Source: Candidatus Fermentibacterota bacterium (GTDB taxonomy: Bacteria > Fermentibacterota > Fermentibacteria > Fermentibacterales > JCC-6). From it: a DNA stretch of 64,000 bases. Positions 1 to 8,695 of this stretch are shown piece by piece; positions within the stretch are counted from its first letter, which is position 1, and each line of letters begins with the position of its first letter. The notes beneath the pieces were generated by a model that saw nothing but the letters and a program-made list of their open reading frames with translations, was not told the DNA's origin and did not search any database. The position numbers were made by a program, and so were the translations under genes. Where the stretch lies: positions 736,001 through 800,000 of the forward strand of contig CAWJQI010000004.1 of the NCBI GenBank assembly GCA_963845085.1, in the 5' to 3' direction.

Positions 1-107
1 GAAATGTCCGATGGGGTGGGGTTCCCTGATTCTGATGGGTTGTCGCTGCACCCAACAAGCAGAAAGACCGCTGGAAATACCGGATACAGATACTGATGAA
101 TTCTCAT
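1..107 (-). CDS. 5' part of a lipoprotein gene (runs off window)
   Basis: Manual translation MRIHQYLYPVFPAVFLLVGCSDNPSESGNP; lipobox LVGC; purine-rich RBS upstream. Confidence 0.55.
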   Translation of the reverse strand, partial: MRIHQYLYPVFPAVFLLVGCSDNPSESGNPTPSDI

Positions 108-193
108 ATCCCCACCTTCCATGGCGCTTAAATCTGAGATAATAGATACATCGCTCAAGCGCTGTAGACAACTCCCGGCAATGGTCCGGCCGG

Positions 194-1018
194 TCAGCTG
201 AGGGAAGTCTTCAACCCCTGCCTGAACCCCCAGTAGTGAAAGACATCCATATCCGGAGGAATATCCTCTCCGTGGTCTCCGCGGCCGGTCGCCAAATCCG
301 TATGGGCTCCGTGGTCGGGGGCAAAGAGAATCGCGCGGTTGAAGCCTCCCCAGTACCGGTCAATCGCACCGGAAAGCTTCATGAAGCCTTCAGTGTGATT
401 CCCGGCCGCCCTGAGGGCTTCATTCGAGAAAGGCGTTGAGCGGTGCAATGCATCGTCGTACTCCTGGTGGTAGGCGAGCACGAAGTCATGCTTCCCGTCC
501 GCAATCAGCGAAATGGCGCGGTCTGTCACCTGCGGATCGTACTGCTCTGAAAAGAAGTCCACAGCCCTGTTCCTGAAAATGACATCAATGCTGCAGTTCC
601 GCACCGAGACTACTGCAGTGCGCTTCCCGTTCCGAGCCAGTGCATCGAACAATGTGTCGCAGGTCAGAACGGGTTTTTCATACTTCCGTATGCCGTGCTG
701 TTCAGGCGCCATCCCCGAGAACATTGAAGCGAAGCAGACCGGCGTTTTGGGAGGAACCACGGATCGCAGGGAAAGCCTGAGCGGAGCCACCGAGCCCACC
801 GTATTGAAGAGATCGGGGCGTACATCCGCCAGGTGACAACCCATGGCATCGGGCGCGAACACAAGGCACTTCTCGGCGCTCCCTCCCCCGAACACCCTTT
901 CCGCCTCAAGAACAACTTCGCGCTGAACTCCCGCGGTTGATCCGCGGGGGGCGGGTATTCCCATGAGGGCGCAGAGCGTGGGTGCAACGGAAGCAATGGT
1001 TTCCCGGGCGCTATTCAT
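194..1018 (-). CDS. Alkaline phosphatase superfamily / type I phosphodiesterase-like protein
   Basis: Motifs FAPDAMG, PPKTPVCFASMFSG.PE.HG, DDALH, PDHGAH. Confidence 0.75.
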   Translation of the reverse strand: MNSARETIASVAPTLCALMGIPAPRGSTAGVQREVVLEAERVFGGGSAEKCLVFAPDAMGCHLADVRPDLFNTVGSVAPLRLSLRSVVPPKTPVCFASMFSGMAPEQHGIRKYEKPVLTCDTLFDALARNGKRTAVVSVRNCSIDVIFRNRAVDFFSEQYDPQVTDRAISLIADGKHDFVLAYHQEYDDALHRSTPFSNEALRAAGNHTEGFMKLSGAIDRYWGGFNRAILFAPDHGAHTDLATGRGDHGEDIPPDMDVFHYWGFRQGLKTSLS

Positions 1019-1833
1019 GGGCAGTCTCCTTCTTTACAGCGATCACATGATTCATCAGGCTTTACAGCCACCAGTGCGAGCTGGTCTTTTCCCTTTTCGT
1101 ATGGTCTTCCGCTGAAACCGCCGAAGGTCTGGAAGCCGCCAAACCCCTTGGATCCAAGAAGGGCAAGATACTCTTCGAGGGAGTAGATCCGCATTCCGTA
1201 CCTGTACTCCCGGCGCGAAGCGCCGCACAGCACGATCCAGCGGGTCGTGTTCCAGGTCCAGTCCTCATTCGCCTCGGTTTCCTCAAGCCTGAACCTGCCT
1301 TCGCCCTCTTCATGCCAGTACCTGGAATACCTTTCAGGTCGCAGCGCCATCAGCGTTTCACGGGTAACACCCTGGAGAAGAAGCTTTCCGCCTGGTTTCA
1401 GGGAATGAAAGCAGTTCTCAATGACACTCTCATCATCCGCCGGATCCTGAAAATACCCGAAGGAATTGTACACCATCGTTATGCTGTCGAAACTCTCGCG
1501 CTCCCTGAACTCCCTCATGTCCGCGCACAGAAACCTGGCATCCAGGTTTTCATCCCGTGCCTTCTGCGACGCTTCGGCGATGAATGCGGGGTTGAGGTCG
1601 ACGCCCGTGACCCTGTAGCCAAGTGCGGACAATGCCAGGGCGTGCCTGCCGAACCCGCACGCCAGGTCAAGCACGGAAGCCCCGGGCTTCATCTCCAGCA
1701 GCCCTGCAATGCTTTCGGCCGCGACGGACGACATCTCAATGCGTTTCTCACTCCAGATGAACCCGCGATTGGCTTCCCAGTATTCCTGATCGGCAAACCA
1801 ATCACCAGAAGGTTGTTGCATCGCTTCCTCCAA
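1015..1833 (-). CDS. Class I SAM-dependent methyltransferase
   Basis: VLDLACGFGRH, GVDLN, ADMREF, LKPGGKLL. Confidence 0.9.
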   Translation of the reverse strand: MEEAMQQPSGDWFADQEYWEANRGFIWSEKRIEMSSVAAESIAGLLEMKPGASVLDLACGFGRHALALSALGYRVTGVDLNPAFIAEASQKARDENLDARFLCADMREFRERESFDSITMVYNSFGYFQDPADDESVIENCFHSLKPGGKLLLQGVTRETLMALRPERYSRYWHEEGEGRFRLEETEANEDWTWNTTRWIVLCGASRREYRYGMRIYSLEEYLALLGSKGFGGFQTFGGFSGRPYEKGKDQLALVAVKPDESCDRCKEGDCP

Positions 1834-2087
1834 AGCTCATGTATTCCGTCTTGTTGGAATATGTGTCATGTGGCCGAAAGCGTTTCATACGAGCACTGTG
1901 AGACGGGAGTTCTGTTCCCCGCCGCCGCTCTGCAGTCCTCCGGGCTTGGAATTGATGGAAGGATCACCGGGTGCATTGATGCGAACATCTGTCGGTGCTT
2001 GACGAAAGCCGACGTCGTAAATTCAATTATCTTATCCTTATCGATTTTGTACCATTTGTGCAATGTGTTGAAAGGAGGGAACCGCTC

Positions 2088-3933
2088 TTGAACCTGAAGA
2101 GAAAGATCCTTGCTGGATACGGCATTGCAGTGGTTTTGATGGGAATGGTCATCACATGGTCGGTTGTGAACCTGGTTGTACTGGGCAGTGCAACGCGATC
2201 AATTCTCGAGGAGAACTACAGGAGCATCCTGGCGGCGGAGAACATGGTCGATGCTCTGGAGAGACAGGACAGCGCCGTCCTGCTGCTGTTTCTCACGGAG
2301 AAGGAAGAAGGCCTGACCCTCTACAGAGAACACGAGGCAGCATTTCTTCAGTGGCTTGCCCGGGCAAAGGACAATGTAACCATCGATGGGGAAGCGGCTC
2401 TCGTCCAGAGCATTGAAAACGGTTACCTTGATTACCGCAATGTCTTCTTCAGCCTCACCGATGCCTCGGAGGATGGCACTGCAGCCGCACCTGCAGACAT
2501 CGAGGACTACTGGGAGTCGGTATACCCCGTATTCACTGCGGTAAGGGATTCGTGTATCCAGCTCAGAAACCTCAACGAAACTACAATGTACGATACCAGC
2601 CTGAGAGCCGGTCGGAGTGCAAACCGTGCCATCTGGTCAACGGTCGGGGTGTCCACGACCGCTCTGCTGCTTGCTTTGGCTTTCAGCCTGGTCCTTGCCG
2701 GCCGGATCACGAAACCCATCGAGGGCTTCATGAATGCCTCACGGAAGATATCTGCTGGTGACTATTCCGTATGCGTCCCTGTCGAAACCGATGATGAGCT
2801 GGGGAGTCTTGCAAAAGAGTTCAACAGCATGGCCTCCAAGCTGTCGGACTACAATGCCATAAACATTGAGCAACTCATTGCAGAGAAGCAAAAAGGGGAA
2901 GCGATACTTTCAAGCATTGAAGACGGCATGCTGGTGTTTGACCCCGGCATGAAAGTGGCCGCGATCAATCCCGCCGCTGCGGAGATCCTGGGGCTGGGCT
3001 ATCCCCGCTGTTCCGGGATGACATGCAGCGAGCTGTTTTCCAGCAGGAATCTGTGCGACCTGATCAGAACAACGGTTGATACCGGCCTTCATCAGGAGGT
3101 TCCCGATGAGAACCGGCTTGTTTCTTTCCCGGGCAGGAATGGAGAGCGGCACTACCTGTTCTCGGTAACCCCGATTCGTGGCCATGATTCGCATCTGACC
3201 GGGATTGTTCTGCTGCTGCGGGATGTGACCAGGCTCACGGAAGTCGAACGAACGAAAAGCGAATTCGTTTCCGCAGCTGCGCACGAGCTGCGAACCCCCC
3301 TGACGGGCATTGAGATGAGTATAGACCTGCTGATGGAGCAGGCCTCAAGGTTTGAAGACAGGGACGTTGAGCTTCTGAGAGTTGCCCAGGCCGAAACCCT
3401 GCGAATGAAGGCGCTTGTGAATGACCTGCTTGACCTGTCCAGGCTGGAGTCGGGTGTCATCGAGATGAATATTCGAGGAGGTGGGAGTTCCCTCACTCTT
3501 CCAGAAAACGGATGAGATCTTCTCGCTGCAGATGGAAAAGGCGGGAGTGAGCCTGGTCGTAGATCAGGTCGGACAGCTGCCGCCCGTCAGGGCGGATTCC
3601 AACAAGATCATGTGGGTGATATCCAATCTTGTGGCCAACGCCCTCCGCTTCGTTTCCAGGGGCGGGCGCATCACTCTTTCAGCAAAACAGGTCCGATCAC
3701 AGGTTCACATCTCCGTAACGGATGACGGTGCGGGGATCCCTTTGGAGTACCAATCGAGGATATTCCAGAGGTTCGTGCAGGTCAGGGGAAAAGACACGGG
3801 AGGCACAGGCCTTGGGCTCGCCATCTGCAGAGAGATGGTCAGGGCTCACGGCGGAACGATCTGGGTTGAATCGACTCCCGGACTCGGCAGCACGTTCACA
3901 TTTACACTGCCTGCTGTAGAAAAGGTGACATAA
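2088..3933 (+). CDS. Sensor histidine kinase (TM-sensor-HAMP-PAS-HisKA-HATPase), frameshifted near 3470
   Basis: TTG start after GGAGG; HAMP (DELGSLAKEFNSM), H-box AHELRTPL; N/G boxes (NLVANA, DDGAGI, GTGLGL) lie in ORF 3481-3933 in another frame. Confidence 0.85.
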
Positions 3934-4607
3934 TGCAGAAAAAACCCATTCTTGTCGTTGACGATGAAGCCAACATCCGGCTGACAATGAGCAGGGCGCT
4001 GGAGCAGCTGCATACCGAAATACACACCGCGGTGAACGGTGAGGAAGCGCTGGACAAAATCGAAAAGAACGACTACAGCCTTGTTTTTCTCGATCTGAAA
4101 CTGCCGGGCATGGACGGGCTTTCCGTTCTGAAGAGAATATCCGAATCAAAGCCTTCCACACGTGTCATCATGATCACCGCGCACGGATCCATCGACTCGG
4201 CGGTGGAAGCCATGAAGCTCGGATCGGTTGACTTCATTCAAAAACCGTTCAGCCCGTCGGAGATACGGGATGTTGCAAGGTCGGTGATTCAAAGGGACAT
4301 GGCTGGCGAAACGAATGCCGGAAGCTATCCCCAGCTTCTTGAACGCGCGAAAAAGAACATCACCGACAGGGACTTCGGTGCTGCAATGAATGTGCTGCTG
4401 AAAGCCATCGTTGCCAAACCCGGCCAGCCCGAAGCCTACAACCTTCTGGGAGCGGTGCACGAGATCAAGGGCGAGCTCGCTGAGGCTCAGAAGTACTACA
4501 GGGCATCTCTCGATTTCAACTCGGGGTTCAGGCCGGCCCAGGTGAATCTCATGAGGGTTACCTCATTCGACAAAGAAGGAACGATAGACATGGACACAAA
4601 GGTCTGA
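3933..4607 (+). CDS. Response regulator (REC + TPR-like output)
   Basis: ILVVDDE, LDLKLPGMDG, ITAHG, KPF; C-terminal PEAYNLLGAVHE...AQKYYRAS TPR-like. Confidence 0.85.
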   Translation: MQKKPILVVDDEANIRLTMSRALEQLHTEIHTAVNGEEALDKIEKNDYSLVFLDLKLPGMDGLSVLKRISESKPSTRVIMITAHGSIDSAVEAMKLGSVDFIQKPFSPSEIRDVARSVIQRDMAGETNAGSYPQLLERAKKNITDRDFGAAMNVLLKAIVAKPGQPEAYNLLGAVHEIKGELAEAQKYYRASLDFNSGFRPAQVNLMRVTSFDKEGTIDMDTKV

Positions 4608-4610
4608 TCA

Positions 4611-5048
4611 GTGAGCAAGTTCATCGTGATTGTCGGGTGCGGGCGACTCGGGGCTTCACTCGCAGGTGATCTCAGCCGGCAAGGCCATTCCGTGGTGGTA
4701 ATCGACAGGAAGGAAAACGCCTTCTCCGGACTGCCCACCGACTACAGCGGTTTCAAGGTTCAGGGTGACGCTTCTCAGCACCTTGTGATGAAGAGTGCGG
4801 GGGCTGACAAGGCGGATATTTTCATAGCTGCCACCAATGAAGACAACCTCAACCTGATGGCCGCTCAGGTCGCTTCCGAGGTCTTTGGTGTTTCCATCGT
4901 GATGGCTCGGGTATTCGACCCGGAGAAGCAGAAAGCGTACGAAGATCTCCGAATTCGCACGATCTGCCCTAATGCTGTTGCAGTGAATCTGTTCCTTGAA
5001 GCTCTTCAGTTCCTTGAAGCCCTTGAAGAAGCTGGAGCAAAACAATGA
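4611..5048 (+). CDS. trkA: TrkA-N (RCK) K+ uptake regulatory subunit
   Basis: IVIVGCGRLG, GDA, AATNEDNLN. Confidence 0.85.
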   Translation: MSKFIVIVGCGRLGASLAGDLSRQGHSVVVIDRKENAFSGLPTDYSGFKVQGDASQHLVMKSAGADKADIFIAATNEDNLNLMAAQVASEVFGVSIVMARVFDPEKQKAYEDLRIRTICPNAVAVNLFLEALQFLEALEEAGAKQ

Positions 5049-5719
5049 AGGTGATCCTCGCGGGAAGCGGCAAAACCCTCTTCTTCCTTTGCAGAAGCTT
5101 CGCGTCCAAGGGCTTCGATGTTGTGGTGATAAACAACGACAGGGAGGAGTGCGGCAGGCTTTCCAGGCAGCTCAGGGCAAGGATTGTGTACGGCGACTGC
5201 AGCGACCCGTGCATTCTGAAGGATGCCGGCGCGATGGAAGCCGATGCGGTGCTTGCAATAACCGAGAGCGATCAGGCAAACCTCGTCACCTGCCAGCTCG
5301 CCTCCAGGATGTTCGGTGTGAAAAGAATCGTCGCATTGGCGAACGACCCCGACAACGAGGCGGTCTTCGTCAGGCTGGGCGTACCCTCATTCTCTACAGC
5401 AAACATCATTGGAAGCCTGGTTGTCCAGATAGCATCCACCGAACTTGTCACCAACCTGTTGCCGGTGTGCAGCGGCAGGGTTTTGATGACTGAAGTCGTC
5501 CTCAGCGCAGGCTCGCCAATCCTCGGGAAAACCCTGAAGGACTTGTCCCTGCCCGATGATTCCCTTGTGGCGGTGATCATCAGGAACGGCGAACCAATAG
5601 TCCCGAGCGGCTTGAGCAGAATGCTCGAAGGGGATACCGTGGTTCTCATGACCCTTCCCGAAAACCATGGCCAGGTTTTGCGCACGTTCACCGGTGAAAA
5701 GGATTCATCACGCCGGTGA
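5045..5719 (+). CDS. trkA: TrkA family protein (TrkA-N + TrkA-C)
   Basis: Rossmann N-domain, D..N motif, TrkA-C GKTLKDLSLP...IIRNG. Confidence 0.85.
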   Translation: MKVILAGSGKTLFFLCRSFASKGFDVVVINNDREECGRLSRQLRARIVYGDCSDPCILKDAGAMEADAVLAITESDQANLVTCQLASRMFGVKRIVALANDPDNEAVFVRLGVPSFSTANIIGSLVVQIASTELVTNLLPVCSGRVLMTEVVLSAGSPILGKTLKDLSLPDDSLVAVIIRNGEPIVPSGLSRMLEGDTVVLMTLPENHGQVLRTFTGEKDSSRR

Positions 5720-7194
5720 GACACCGCGAATACCTCCGACAGCGGTACGCCGCCATGCTGACATCGGTTGGCAGCATACTCGCTCTGGCGGGATCGATCA
5801 TGCTCACCCCGCTTTTCATACTTCCGTTTTATCCCCGTGAATCAGGTCTTTCACTGGCTTTTCTCGCACCGGCGCTGTTCATGCTTCTTGTTGGCCTGAT
5901 TCTGAAAAAGGCGTTTGGCAAGTCATCCACATCCGACCTGACCATATCGGAGGGCGGTGTTATCGTTCTTCTCAGCTGGGTCTCGGTAACCGTCGTATCC
6001 GCGGTCCCGTTCCAGATCGTGTCAGGTTTGTCGTTCTCCCAGGCGGTTTTTGAATCGGTAAGCGGCTGGACCACCACCGGGCTCTCCCTTGTTGATGTAA
6101 ACTCGGCGGGGCCCATGATACTCCTCTGGCGAAGCATCATGCAGTTCTTCGGTGGTGCGGGGCTCGCCATTCTGATTCTCTCGTCCGTTGTCGGGAACAC
6201 GGGCATCGGGATAACGAGCGCCGAAGGCCGCGGGGACCAGCTTGAACCGAATGTGAGGCGGTCTGCAAGGCTTGTCATGATTATCTACTGCATCTATGCA
6301 GTTCTTGGGATCGTCGCATATGTGCTGGCCGGAATGTCGTTGTTTGATGCTGTGAACCACAGTTTCGCCGCCATATCAACCGGCGGGTTTTCCACAAGAC
6401 AGGCAAGCATCGGCTATTGGAATTCCCCGGTGATAGAGGGGATTACCATTGTCCTGATGCTGCTTGGAAACCTGAGCTTCGTGACGGCCTGGTTCCTGTG
6501 GCGGGGCAGCCTGAAAACAGCTCTGGGGAGCGGTGAGGTCCGCCTTCAGACCATTCTTCTGGTCTCCACCGTCACCGGATTGATTTTTCTTACCTGCGGA
6601 GGTTTCTTCGCATTGTCGGAACAGGGCGTCAGATCAGCGGTCTTCGAAGCGGTCAGTGCCTCAACAACAACCGGGTTCACGATATCGAACTATTCAACCT
6701 GGAATCCCTTCGGCATTTTTGTGCTCATCGTTCTCATGCTCATCGGAGGGGGGACATGCTCGACCGCAGGCGGCATAAAGCAGTTCAGGGTCTATCTTCT
6801 CCTCAAAACCCTTCTCTGGGAGATGAAGTGTTTCCTTCTGCCGAAGTCCGTGGTGCTTGACCTGTCCGTGAAGGAGGGAGGCGGACTTGTGTTCCCTGAC
6901 GCGGACAAGGTAAGGCAGGCTGGAACCTTTGCATTCATGTACATGGTGGTCTTTCTCTTGGGCTCCCTTGCGCTCATGGCCTTCGGGTATTCAACACAGG
7001 ATTCTCTGTTTGAATTCGGTTCCGCTCTTGGTACAACCGGGCTTTCCATAGGAGTAACCTCCCAAAGCATGCCGACACCTGTGGTATGGATACTGACGGT
7101 TGCAATGTTTCTCGGAAGGCTTGAGTTCCTTGTCGTTTTCGTCAGCATTGCCAAGATAGGCAGAGACCTCCGGGCAATGACAGGCAAACACTGA
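5716..7194 (+). CDS. trkH: TrkH/KtrB K+ uptake permease
   Basis: Pore loops FESVSGWTTTG, ISTGGFS, STTTGF, GSALGTTGLS; STAGGIK; GRLE. Confidence 0.92.
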   Translation: MRHREYLRQRYAAMLTSVGSILALAGSIMLTPLFILPFYPRESGLSLAFLAPALFMLLVGLILKKAFGKSSTSDLTISEGGVIVLLSWVSVTVVSAVPFQIVSGLSFSQAVFESVSGWTTTGLSLVDVNSAGPMILLWRSIMQFFGGAGLAILILSSVVGNTGIGITSAEGRGDQLEPNVRRSARLVMIIYCIYAVLGIVAYVLAGMSLFDAVNHSFAAISTGGFSTRQASIGYWNSPVIEGITIVLMLLGNLSFVTAWFLWRGSLKTALGSGEVRLQTILLVSTVTGLIFLTCGGFFALSEQGVRSAVFEAVSASTTTGFTISNYSTWNPFGIFVLIVLMLIGGGTCSTAGGIKQFRVYLLLKTLLWEMKCFLLPKSVVLDLSVKEGGGLVFPDADKVRQAGTFAFMYMVVFLLGSLALMAFGYSTQDSLFEFGSALGTTGLSIGVTSQSMPTPVVWILTVAMFLGRLEFLVVFVSIAKIGRDLRAMTGKH

Positions 7195-7494
7195 CCCTGC
7201 ACTCATTGCCGTGTGCAGACAGGGGAATAACCATGGGATGCTCGAGCAGCCACGGTTCCGGGATGTTGCCGGGAACGACACCCTTCACTTCCTTGTGCCG
7301 TATGAATCGAATTGCTGGTGGTTTACGACGAAACCCATGTCAGCGGAGACTTCCCCATGATACAGACAATGGGGGAACATTCTGAATACCGCAGGGCATC
7401 ATTCACGGAGTCGGCAGGATAGCTGGCTGCTCTTTGTCGAACGGGGGGATCAACGCGCCCTGTGCCAACTTCAGGGCACTTGAACGATCAGGCA

Positions 7495-7752
7495 CTATCG
7501 GTACGCATCCTTCCTGTGCCTGGCCCTCACAACAAAGACAACAAGCTCGAAGTCCCTGATCTCATACAGAACCCTGTATACACCACACCTCAATCTGTAC
7601 TTCTCTTCGCCGGACAGCTTCCGGGACTGCGGTGGACGGGGATCTTCGGCCAGACCCTCAATCGCCGAGACGATTCGTCTCATGTCACTCTTCGGGATTC
7701 CGTCGAGGTCTTTGTAAACCGACTGCGCTACAAGGATTCTATATCCTGCCAT
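7495..7752 (-). CDS. RelE/ParE family toxin
   Basis: LAEDPRP..SRKLSG, YRLRCGVYRVLYEI, HRKDAYR; start re-called at MAGYRI. Confidence 0.85.
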   Translation of the reverse strand: MAGYRILVAQSVYKDLDGIPKSDMRRIVSAIEGLAEDPRPPQSRKLSGEEKYRLRCGVYRVLYEIRDFELVVFVVRARHRKDAYR

Positions 7753-7972
7753 CACGCTTGAGCCTGTTGACGAATTCCTCAAAACCAACGACGGGTTCAG
7801 CTTGGCGATCGCGGAATGCTGCCAGATCATCGGCATCGGAGGCAAGCTCGTTGCGGATGGCATCGTTGACCATGTCGGATATGGAGTAGGAGGTTTCTGC
7901 CGATTTTATTCGCAATGCCTTGTGAAGTTCAGGCTCAAGGTAGACTGTGGCGCGTTTGGTCAGTTCAGTCAT
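7739..7972 (-). CDS. CopG/RHH antitoxin
   Basis: KRATVYLEPELHKALRIKSAET..SISDMVNDAIR; overlaps the toxin start. Confidence 0.8.
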   Translation of the reverse strand: MTELTKRATVYLEPELHKALRIKSAETSYSISDMVNDAIRNELASDADDLAAFRDRQAEPVVGFEEFVNRLKRDGRI

Positions 7973-8011
7973 GATTCGCCTCCTTTCCAGATCGTAAATA
8001 ACGCTGTAACG

Positions 8012-8404
8012 TCATAACGTCAAGATGACCGATGGACACAGGCGAGCATCGTGATTTGTTTCGTGATCGCAATGTGCGCAGAAGTAAGAAAGAACGGGCA
8101 AAGTCAAAATGGGACTGAAATCCATGGCACCGGCTTTCGCCCTCTCGATATCCCTCTGCTGCGTTCTTTTATCTCCACCGCACAGAAGCACCACCAGGAT
8201 CGAACCATGCAGGAAGTAGTAGACACGATACCCGGGGCCGCAGTCGATCCTCATCTCGAGAAGGCCTTCGCCGACCGGCTGAACATCACCGGGATTGCCG
8301 AGGCTCAATCTTCTGATCCTTATCAATATCCGAACTTTTGCCTCGGAGTCCCGCAACCTTTTCAACCAGCGGTCAAACGTCTCGCTCCTGATGATCTCGA
8401 CCAT
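8012..8404 (-). CDS. RelE/HigB-like addiction-module killer protein with aberrant C-terminus
   Basis: FDRWLKRLRD, GNPGDVQPVGEGL.EMRID.GPGYRVY, LLCGGDKRTQQRDIERAK. Confidence 0.8.
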   Translation of the reverse strand: MVEIIRSETFDRWLKRLRDSEAKVRILIRIRRLSLGNPGDVQPVGEGLLEMRIDCGPGYRVYYFLHGSILVVLLCGGDKRTQQRDIERAKAGAMDFSPILTLPVLSYFCAHCDHETNHDARLCPSVILTL

Positions 8405-8462
8405 GTGTCAACTCTAGTTTACATCATGCAATGTGTCAACTGGAGTATGCACTGCGGGAATC

Positions 8463-8515
8463 ATGAACAGAAGCCGCCGGGGAACTTCCCGGCGGCCTCT
8501 ATCCCATCTGGCGGT
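8463..8515. repeat. Direct repeat copy 1 (diverged): tRNA-Asp terminator + tRNA 3' end
   Basis: atgaacagaagccgccggggaacttcccggcggcctctatcccatctggcggt; a few differences from copy 4. Confidence 0.9.
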
Positions 8516-8695
8516 TTGTGTTGAATGCTTGTCGGCGGTACAACCTCCGATGCCTTCACCTCTGCCCGAATCAGAACCTGTGTTCCTGAACCTGAAGGGT
8601 GTGCAGGGGACATCAAGGTGACATATGCATATTGACTTCCTATAAAGCATCACAAATGCTTTGCATGATAGTTTTTCAACCACAGGGGATCTGAA

